From a virus (taxonomy: Duplodnaviria; Caudoviricetes), in the IMG/VR virus record IMGVR_UViG_3300023283_000261, positions 1 through 28,653 of that record: a stretch of 28,653 bases of DNA; one strand, written 5' to 3'. Position 1 is the stretch's first letter, and every line of letters starts with the position of its first letter. A model generated the notes under the pieces. It ran no database searches, had not been told where the DNA came from, and saw only the letters and a program-made list of their open reading frames with translations. Below are positions 16,397 through 22,496 of the stretch, piece after piece. The position numbers were made by a program, and so were the translations under genes.

Positions 16397-16866
16397 CAAG
16401 ACTCTCCTCGTTTGCGGTAGATCGACTCGCTGGTCTCGAACTCGGCCAGCCACCAGGCGTAGCCGTCGCGGAAGGCGAGCAGCCGGCCGCCGGTGTAGAC
16501 CACGGTGTCGAAGCCCCCGGGCGGGTCGGTGGGCGGCGCCCAGCCGAAGAGAGCGTCGCGCACGGCCCGGGCGATCGGCTCCATCTCGCGGCTGGCGCGG
16601 TCGCCGCTGCGATCGCCGGCGTGGCTCTTGGCGATGACGACGCCGACGCGCAGGGCGATGCGCTGGCGGGTGGCGCCGACCAGGCGGGCCTGGCCGGTCT
16701 CGCCGCGCTCGGCCACCGGGATCACCCAGGCGGCGGGTTGGCGCGCGGGGACCGGCTTCGCCTGCGCTTCGGTTAGGGCGGCGAAACTGGCCGCGCCCTC
16801 GACCTGCTGGAGCGGCGGCGTGGCCTGGGCGTTCAAACGGTCTTCAACGAGGCTTAGGAGACTCAT
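16396..16866 (-). CDS. Tail terminator / Mu gp37-like protein (156 aa)
   Basis: 'QVEGAASFAAL...PAAWVIP...VRDALFGWAP...GGRLL...WW...F' motif; synteny after G-like gene. Confidence 0.8.
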   Translation of the reverse strand: MSLLSLVEDRLNAQATPPLQQVEGAASFAALTEAQAKPVPARQPAAWVIPVAERGETGQARLVGATRQRIALRVGVVIAKSHAGDRSGDRASREMEPIARAVRDALFGWAPPTDPPGGFDTVVYTGGRLLAFRDGYAWWLAEFETSESIYRKRGES

Positions 16867-17354
16867 CTGAACGCCTCCCGAAGGTGGTCGGCGACGATGT
16901 CGCCGATCTCGGCCGCGTCGCCGTCGGAGATGCCCAGGAACGGCCGGGCCGGGATCTCGACCTGCCGCGCGAAGACCGGCGCCCCGTCGGGACCGGGGAA
17001 CTTCAGGAATTGCCCGGACTTCGGCCGGATCGTGCCGCCTAGCTGATGGATCGCCGCATAGACCACGTTGGTGCCGACGGTGACGGAACGGGCGTCGAAG
17101 TCGTGCGTGATGCTGTCGCGCAGCCGGGCGCTATCGACCAGGGTCTGCCCGCCTTCGCGCTGGGCCCGGCCGCTGGGCTTCCAGGGCGTGCCGTCGGGTG
17201 CGACGCCGCGCTCGAAGCGGTCCAGGGTCGCGGCCACCAGCATGGCGCCGATCTCGTCCATCACCGGCGCCAGGTCCGTGCCGGCGTCGGCCAGCGCGGC
17301 CAGGGCGCGATTCGCGCGCGCGTCGTCGACGGTGATCTCGAAGCCGGCCGCCAT
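16863..17354 (-). CDS. Phage virion morphogenesis protein (Mu gpG / tail completion S-like, 163 aa)
   Basis: 'RFERGVAPDGTPWKP...LVDSARLRDSI...VGTNVVYAAIHQLGG...IPARPFLGIS' hallmark motifs. Confidence 0.92.
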   Translation of the reverse strand: MAAGFEITVDDARANRALAALADAGTDLAPVMDEIGAMLVAATLDRFERGVAPDGTPWKPSGRAQREGGQTLVDSARLRDSITHDFDARSVTVGTNVVYAAIHQLGGTIRPKSGQFLKFPGPDGAPVFARQVEIPARPFLGISDGDAAEIGDIVADHLREAFR

Positions 17355-17776
17355 CAGAACCCGCCCAGCTTGTCGCGCGAAAACAGGCGTTCGGCCCCCT
17401 CGAAGGCCGGCGGGCTCTCCGCGCCGCCCGCCGGTGCGCCGCCGCCGTCCACGTCCAGGACGATCTCGCCCTTGGCGATCCGGCTCAGCGTGCGCTCGGC
17501 CTCGCGGGCCATCGCCTCGACCTCGTCCGGCGCGCCGTGGACATGGAGCTGCCGAAAGGCGATCTTGGCGGCCACCTGGCGCAGCAGGTCCGGCACGGTG
17601 GGCAGCGGCAGGGCGTGACGGGTGAGGAGGTAGCCGTCGATCAGCGCGGTCGCGTCGTCGATCGCCGCCTGGAGCACCGCCGCGTCGATCCCGCCGTCGC
17701 CGTCGCGGTCGGCGAGCTGGCGCAGGGTGTCCTCGCCGAAGCGGTCGATCATCTCTTGTTCGGTGACGTAGGCCAT
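17354..17776 (-). CDS. Mu gp36-like (DUF1320) head-tail adaptor (140 aa)
   Basis: 'MAYVT..EMIDRFGE..L.QLADR...AIDDATALIDGYL..R..LPL..VP..L...IAKGEIVL...FSRDKLGGF'. Confidence 0.92.
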   Translation of the reverse strand: MAYVTEQEMIDRFGEDTLRQLADRDGDGGIDAAVLQAAIDDATALIDGYLLTRHALPLPTVPDLLRQVAAKIAFRQLHVHGAPDEVEAMAREAERTLSRIAKGEIVLDVDGGGAPAGGAESPPAFEGAERLFSRDKLGGF

Positions 17777-17797
17777 CGAGGCTCCCTTGTGGCTGCT

Positions 17798-17946
17798 CCT
17801 GGTGGGGAGGGCCGCGGACGCGGCTTCGCCCTGACTGTGGTCCGGTTTCCCGCGCCGCTACCGGACTGGCACACCGGACGGCCGCTCCCCTTGAGCTTTG
17901 CGTCTTGCTGCGGGGTCCGCACCCAGGTGCCCGGACCCCTACCAGG
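17798..17946 (-). ncRNA. Candidate structured intergenic RNA (multi-stem, possible pseudoknot) between gp35-like and gp36-like genes
   Basis: Complementary pairs 17798-17803/17941-17946, 17804-17814/17879-17890, 17840-17846/17860-17866 and 17912-17919/17932-17939 within a 172-bp gap in an otherwise tightly packed operon; strand assumed from operon. Confidence 0.5.
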
Positions 17947-17948
17947 TA

Positions 17949-18167
17949 TTACGTGCCCGACTTGTTGTTCTTACTTGCGGCTTGGTCCTCGTCCTTGCCC
18001 GTCTCGGTGACGACCAGGTTCGGTTCCGCCCGGAGCGCGCCGAGCTGCTCGCCCGTGAACTGGGCGGCATCGACGGTTGTTGGCGCGGGCGGCCAGTGAC
18101 GCCTGGCACGGCGGAAGCCGCGCGCCGGTCGGGCGGTGACGGTGATGCGGCTGGGCTTGTCGGCCAT
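17949..18167 (-). CDS. Mu gp35 / HI1506-like small head protein (72 aa)
   Basis: ATG 18167 with aaggggga RBS; 'GFRRARRHW......FTGEQLGALRAEPNLVV' motif. Confidence 0.85.
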   Translation of the reverse strand: MADKPSRITVTARPARGFRRARRHWPPAPTTVDAAQFTGEQLGALRAEPNLVVTETGKDEDQAASKNNKSGT

Positions 18168-18190
18168 GCGGTCCCCCTTTTGCCGTTCGT

Positions 18191-18213
18191 GACGCTCAGG
18201 CGCCGCGCGGGCT
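18191..18213 (+). repeat. Single copy (C) of the GACGCTCAGGCGCCGCGCGGGCT mini-repeat
   Basis: Exact core match to arrays A/B; next to an imperfect hairpin (18220-18253) that abuts the capsid gene stop. Confidence 0.9.
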
Positions 18214-18254
18214 AAGACCGCCGGCGCGCGAGTCAAGCTCTCTCGCCGCCGGCC

Positions 18255-19148
18255 TTAGGCCAGCCACGGCACGACCACGAGGCGCGCCGTGTTGCGGTAG
18301 ACGTTGGTGGCGCCGGCGGCGTCGCGCTCGGCATTGAGGATCTCCAGCGCCTGGCCCTCCAGGGCGGGCGGGACCACCAGGACGCGCGGGCGGATGCCGA
18401 GCGGACGGCCGTAATCGCCCTTCATGCCCATCAGGGCCTCGCGCGCGGCGGCGTAGCTCGTCTTGTCGAGGGTCTGCTTGCTGCCCCAGGCGGTCTGCCA
18501 GAAGGCGAAGCCGACGTTGGACCGGCCGTAGGTGCCGTAGACGAACTCGTTCTTGTGGAAGACGTTGGGATCGTCCGGGTTGTCGAGCGCGGTCAGGTCG
18601 AACTCGCGGCGGACCTGATAGATGATCGGCTTCAGCGCCCGGCTGTCGTCGATCAGGAACCAGGGCGTGCCGGTGCCTCCGTCAGTGTTGGCGACCGAGA
18701 CTTCCTCGCCGGTCTCGTCCAGCACCGGATGGTCGGTGTCGAAGAAGTTCTGGCCGTCATAGGCGGGCTTCGTGAAGCCGTCCTTCAGCAGCCCGAAGAC
18801 GAGCTGGTCGGGGTGCGCGGCGGTGGCGAGGCCCATTTCCTCGAACAGCGGGGCGTAGATGCCCTGGCGGTCGTCCTCGATGTCGGGGCGGCCGACCGAG
18901 ATCGTCTGCTCGAACTCGCGGTTCTTGATCTCGTAGTCGTGCGCCGCGACCTGGTGGACGACGCGCTCGCCGATCCATTCACGGACGTTGGGGAACTTGC
19001 CGAGCCAGCCGTATTCCTCGCTCCGGGTGGACGAGGTCACGCGCGTGGCCACGGCATTCCACTGCGCCTCGTGCTGGCCCAGGCCGCGCTGGAACGCCGC
19101 GTTGAACGCGGTGTACAGCGTGCGCAGGTTGGTCGAATTCAACAGCAT
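18255..19148 (-). CDS. Major capsid protein, Mu gpT family (297 aa)
   Basis: ATG 19148 with taaggag RBS; 'EEYGWLGKFP.VREWIGER', 'IEDDRQGIYAPLF', 'YDGQNFFDTDHPV', 'LVVPPALE', terminal 'VPWLA'. Confidence 0.96.
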   Translation of the reverse strand: MLLNSTNLRTLYTAFNAAFQRGLGQHEAQWNAVATRVTSSTRSEEYGWLGKFPNVREWIGERVVHQVAAHDYEIKNREFEQTISVGRPDIEDDRQGIYAPLFEEMGLATAAHPDQLVFGLLKDGFTKPAYDGQNFFDTDHPVLDETGEEVSVANTDGGTGTPWFLIDDSRALKPIIYQVRREFDLTALDNPDDPNVFHKNEFVYGTYGRSNVGFAFWQTAWGSKQTLDKTSYAAAREALMGMKGDYGRPLGIRPRVLVVPPALEGQALEILNAERDAAGATNVYRNTARLVVVPWLA

Positions 19149-19159
19149 GCCGGGGCTCC

Positions 19160-19564
19160 TTAGATCTCGACCCAGACGCCCTGGGCGTCCACGTCGCGGA
19201 TGGTGCCGGCGGCCGAGCGGGTGCCGGCGCCGTCGTTGGCGGCCACGGTCTGGTCGTCGACGATGTAGGCCGTGCCGCCGATGTGGGTGCGGTCGATGGT
19301 GTCCGTGCCGGCGTTGGCGAAGCGGAAGACCCCGCGGCGCACCCGCACGGTGATGTCGCCGTCGGCGCCGCCACCGTTGTCCGCCCGCGACCACGCGACG
19401 CCGAGAGCGGTCAGGCCGGTGGCGGTGCTGCCCGGCGCGGCGAAGCCGTTGGCGTCGAGCGCGACCAGCGCGCCGACAAAGATCCTGGCCGCCGCCGCCA
19501 CCGGATGGGTGAAGATGTCGCCCTGCCGGTACGGGGTGTTGCGGTCCTGGGTGAGCGCGGTCAC
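19160..19564 (-). CDS. Head decoration / capsid cement-like protein (134 aa)
   Basis: 'MTALTQDRNTP...PVAA...IFVGALV...YIVDDQTVA...RSAAG.I.DVD..GVWV', between scaffold and capsid; GTG start overlapping upstream stop. Confidence 0.85.
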   Translation of the reverse strand: MTALTQDRNTPYRQGDIFTHPVAAAARIFVGALVALDANGFAAPGSTATGLTALGVAWSRADNGGGADGDITVRVRRGVFRFANAGTDTIDRTHIGGTAYIVDDQTVAANDGAGTRSAAGTIRDVDAQGVWVEI

Positions 19565-20184
19565 TGGGCCTTCTCCTCAAGCTGCTTCTTGGACTTCAGG
19601 TACGCCTCCTCGCTGAGCCCCATGGAGGCCGCGACGGCCTTTTCCTCCGGGCTCAGTCCGCTGCCGGCGGCGTCCGGCGGGGTCAGGCCGGGCACCAGGG
19701 CGCCGTCCTTGACGATCGCGGGCTGCGCGGCCACGAACTGGCGGAAGCCCTCCGGGTCCTTGGCGGCGTAGGCCAGAGCCCAGTCGCGGCCGGCCGGGGT
19801 GACCTTCCCGGCCTTGACGGCCTCGTCCACGGCCGCCGCGGCCTTGCTCTCGGCCTCGGCCGTCTCCAGGGCCTCGATGCGCGAGGCCAGCGCGCGATGC
19901 TCGCTGATCGGCACGAACTGCGCGGGGTCGGGCGTGCCGCCGTCGGCGGCGGCCGACGCCAGCTCGCCCACCTTGCGGGCGACGTCCTCGATCTCGGTCA
20001 CCGCTGCCGTGGCCTTCAATCCCAGCTTGGCGGGCTTGGCGACGGCCGCGAGATCGGTGCCGGGCCCGGCGGCGGCCTGCGTCTTCTCCTGCAACTGGCC
20101 GACGGCGGCGGCGATCTCGGTCACCGTTGCCGTGGCCTTCAATCCCAGCTTGGCGGCCAGGACCTGGCGCTGTTCCTCGTCCAT
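19561..20184 (-). CDS. Nested in-frame scaffolding protein (Mu gpZ-like, 207 aa)
   Basis: In-frame ATG at 20184 (MDEEQRQ) preceded by strong RBS gaaggagacacc just after the protease ALTNDP motif, as for Mu I/Z. Confidence 0.75.
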   Translation of the reverse strand: MDEEQRQVLAAKLGLKATATVTEIAAAVGQLQEKTQAAAGPGTDLAAVAKPAKLGLKATAAVTEIEDVARKVGELASAAADGGTPDPAQFVPISEHRALASRIEALETAEAESKAAAAVDEAVKAGKVTPAGRDWALAYAAKDPEGFRQFVAAQPAIVKDGALVPGLTPPDAAGSGLSPEEKAVAASMGLSEEAYLKSKKQLEEKAQ

Positions 20185-20910
20185 GGTGTCTCCTTCGGCA
20201 GAGGCGATGGCCTTCATGAAAAAGGCCGGGTCGTTGGTGAGCGCGCCACCCACCAGGCGCTTGATCGTCCGTGTGGTGCGGTCGAACCAGAAGGTGGGCG
20301 AGAAGAAGCGGTACTCGCGGGCCGAGAGGTGCGCCTTGGCGCGATCGGTCCAGGAGACGTTCCCCCAGACCGCGCCGTCACGCGTGAAGACCTCGTCGAT
20401 CCAGCCAGCCGCCGGCGCCGGATTGCCGCTGGCGGCAGCCTTCTCGCTGGCGTGGTCGTAGTCGATCGGCAGCGGCGCCTGGAGCGCCTTGGTGGCCGCG
20501 ACCACGGCCTCGGGGTTGGCGTTCGTCCAGGGCGCGCGGCCGTCGTGCGGCCGGGTCTTCACTTCGCCGGCGGGGATCAGCAGGATCTCGCTGGGCAGCG
20601 CCTCGCCGGCGGCCCCCGCCTTGGACCAGGTCGCCAGATCCAGCATGCAGCCGGCGGCGGCCTCGCCGCGTTCCGCGTCGCGCTCCGCCTCGCGACGGTC
20701 CGCCGGCACGAGCTGCAGCAGGCTGTCGAAGGACACATCGAGCAGGTCGGCGAGGCCGCGCAGGCGCTCGTTCGGCGGGCGCTCGATATCGCCGCCCAGG
20801 ATGGCGGTCATGGTGCTCTCGTCGATTCCGGCGGCCCGCGCCAGGTCGGCGGTGGTCAACGCCCTCTCGTCGCGGAGCTGCTTCAGGCGGGTGCCCAGCT
20901 TGGATGCCAT
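19561..20910 (-). CDS. Mu gpI-type prohead protease/scaffold fused to an N-terminal XRE-family helix-turn-helix (449 aa)
   Basis: Residues ~1-66 'LGTRLKQLRDERALTTADLARAAGIDESTMTAILGGDIERPPNERLRGLADLLDVSFDSL' match XRE HTH; protease motifs 'LPIDYDHA', 'APAAGWI', 'W(T)..A...REYRFFSPTF', 'ALTNDP'; helical scaffold C-terminus. Confidence 0.9.
   Translation of the reverse strand: MASKLGTRLKQLRDERALTTADLARAAGIDESTMTAILGGDIERPPNERLRGLADLLDVSFDSLLQLVPADRREAERDAERGEAAAGCMLDLATWSKAGAAGEALPSEILLIPAGEVKTRPHDGRAPWTNANPEAVVAATKALQAPLPIDYDHASEKAAASGNPAPAAGWIDEVFTRDGAVWGNVSWTDRAKAHLSAREYRFFSPTFWFDRTTRTIKRLVGGALTNDPAFFMKAIASAEGDTMDEEQRQVLAAKLGLKATATVTEIAAAVGQLQEKTQAAAGPGTDLAAVAKPAKLGLKATAAVTEIEDVARKVGELASAAADGGTPDPAQFVPISEHRALASRIEALETAEAESKAAAAVDEAVKAGKVTPAGRDWALAYAAKDPEGFRQFVAAQPAIVKDGALVPGLTPPDAAGSGLSPEEKAVAASMGLSEEAYLKSKKQLEEKAQ
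19989..20156. repeat. 45-bp direct repeat pair inside scaffold region
   Basis: 19989-20033 and 20112-20156, one mismatch; encodes AKLGLKATA(T/A)VTEI twice. Confidence 0.9.
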
Positions 20911-20962
20911 GTGCGCGTTCCGTCTTCCGGGTTGCGGGTTGCCCTCGCGGGCGATGTCGGCG

Positions 20963-21009
20963 ACAGTAGGATCGCCAACCCGAACCCGTCAGGCGGAAGC
21001 CCTTCCGCC
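20963..21009 (-). promoter_or_regulatory. Late promoter (Mu P-I-like): activator palindrome GGCGGAAG-CC-CTTCCGCC plus -10 TACTGT
   Basis: Palindrome 20992-21009; TACTGT on minus strand at 20968-20963, 23 bp away; same architecture upstream of the lysis gene. Confidence 0.75.
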
Positions 21010-21070
21010 CTTCCACCCCCCGCGCGCACCGCCGGATTGCTCTCAAACACCGAACTCAAGGCCCGTGAGT

Positions 21071-21127
21071 GCGTTTAAAAACGCGTTTAAAAGATTTTGG
21101 CGGGGATGAGCCCCTCAGGCCGCCAAA
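21071..21127 (-). terminator. Terminator-like hairpin with AT-rich tandem GCGTTTAAAA repeat after the portal-MuF unit
   Basis: tttggcgg (21096-21103)/ccgccaaa (21120-21127) stem followed on minus strand by atcttttaaacgcgtttttaaacgc; gcgtttaaaa at 21071 and 21083. Confidence 0.55.
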
Positions 21128-21274
21128 GGCCATCAGCGGGCGCGAGAGCGGGTTTTGCCCGAGAGCCCTTCCCAGCGGGCGGATGAACGCCTATCTTGAT
21201 GCGTGCAGGCGTCGGTCGGGCCGCACCCCGGGGGCCGGCGCCGGGCGCCACGGCCCGTGCGGGGGACCGGACGG

Positions 21275-22492
21275 CTATTCGGCCCGATAGAGCCTCAAGC
21301 CCTTGCGAAGCGTGCGCACCGCGCGCCTGTCGCCGCGGAACACCGTCAGCGCCTGCCAGAAGCCGTCCGCGGCATCCGCCACCAGGCCGACGGTGCGCTC
21401 CCGCCCCAGGTCCACCAGCTTGACATAACGCCGGCGCACGGCGACGCGGCCCGTGGTCTTGTCTTCGGCAAAGCCGATCCAGATCTCCTGCGGCGCCTCC
21501 AGCAGATCCGGGATCAGCGGGAAAAACGCCTCGCGGCCGTCGCGCCGATCATCGGCGGCCAGCATGTGATCGACCACTGCCTGCGTGACCCCGATGCGTT
21601 CGCCCGTGGGGTCGGTCAGGATTCGGCTGTCGCGGCCGCCCAGCGCGGCGCGCAGGGTCTCGCGCAACCCGGCCGCGTCTTCCGCCCGCGGCGCCAACTC
21701 AACGGCCGGCCGGACCGCCGGCAGGCGTCCTGGCGCGGCCGGCCGCGATCCGCCCGGCGCGACCAGGTCCTCGAAGCCGCCGTGGCTGTCCATGACGACC
21801 CGCTGCTGGGCCCGGCCCCAGGCGGCCCGACCGACGTTATGGGCGAAGCCGGCGTCGATCCCCTCGGGAACCTGGAGCGTGACGGGGCCGTTCACGGTGT
21901 TGACGGCGCGCGTCTCCATGGTAACCGGCGGCGGGGCGTCGCTCACCTGAAGGCCGAAGCGTTCCACATCGCGCTCGGACAGCGATTGGACGGTGCAGCG
22001 GCAGTTCCAGCCATTGGGCGGGAAGTGCGTGCGCCACCACGGATGATCGATGGGCAGCACGGTGTTGTGCCAAGCCAGGTGCTGGGGCCGCGTGCGGCTG
22101 TCCTGTACCGCGACGTAGCGCAGGAACGGCCGGCGCTCTTTCAGGCGCTGCGCCTGCGCCCATTTGCCCGAGGCGTAGACCGTGCGCAGGTTGGTCTGGA
22201 AGATCACGCGGCTGCGCCAGCCGCGGCTGCCTTTGAAACTCCAGCCGTGGCGAGCGACGATCCGGTCGAAGTCCTCGCGGAAGTCGGCCAGGGTGCGCCC
22301 CTCGGCGAGGATGCGATCCAGCGACTGCTTGAAGTCGGCGACGATCTCGGCCTTGTTCGCCCCGGCGACGACGAACCCCCGGGCGTGCATGCCCTGCCAG
22401 AGGTCGGTCCAGGTCTCGGTGGGCAATTCCAGCTTTTGCCGGAAGAAGTCGATTGCCTCGCGGAAGGGCACGCTGCCGGGCTTGGGGTCCAT
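21275..22492 (-). CDS. MuF (gpF) minor head protein with C-terminal extension resembling the PBECR2 (BECR-fold) nuclease domain (405 aa)
   Basis: MuF motifs 'PFREAIDFFRQK', 'IFQTNLRTVYASG', 'DSRTRPQH..W', 'HPWW.THFPPNGWNCRC'; tail 'REAFFPLIPDLLEAPQEIW...RRRYVK...WQALTVF...LRKGLRLYR' recalled as PBECR2-like. Confidence 0.88.
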   Translation of the reverse strand: MDPKPGSVPFREAIDFFRQKLELPTETWTDLWQGMHARGFVVAGANKAEIVADFKQSLDRILAEGRTLADFREDFDRIVARHGWSFKGSRGWRSRVIFQTNLRTVYASGKWAQAQRLKERRPFLRYVAVQDSRTRPQHLAWHNTVLPIDHPWWRTHFPPNGWNCRCTVQSLSERDVERFGLQVSDAPPPVTMETRAVNTVNGPVTLQVPEGIDAGFAHNVGRAAWGRAQQRVVMDSHGGFEDLVAPGGSRPAAPGRLPAVRPAVELAPRAEDAAGLRETLRAALGGRDSRILTDPTGERIGVTQAVVDHMLAADDRRDGREAFFPLIPDLLEAPQEIWIGFAEDKTTGRVAVRRRYVKLVDLGRERTVGLVADAADGFWQALTVFRGDRRAVRTLRKGLRLYRAE

Positions 22493-22496
22493 GGCG

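Noticed and set aside
14639-17354. Contractile (Mu myovirus) tail module
   Set aside because: No sheath, baseplate wedge or spike genes recognisable; the organisation is siphovirus-like.
18255-19580. 441-aa version of the capsid ORF
   Set aside because: The upstream 144 codons overlap the decoration gene in another frame; the true start is ATG 19148 with a taaggag RBS.
21069-21290. 73-aa plus-strand ORF as MuF immunity protein
   Set aside because: Wrong strand for a co-transcribed immunity gene, no RBS, and it runs through hairpins; low-complexity translation.
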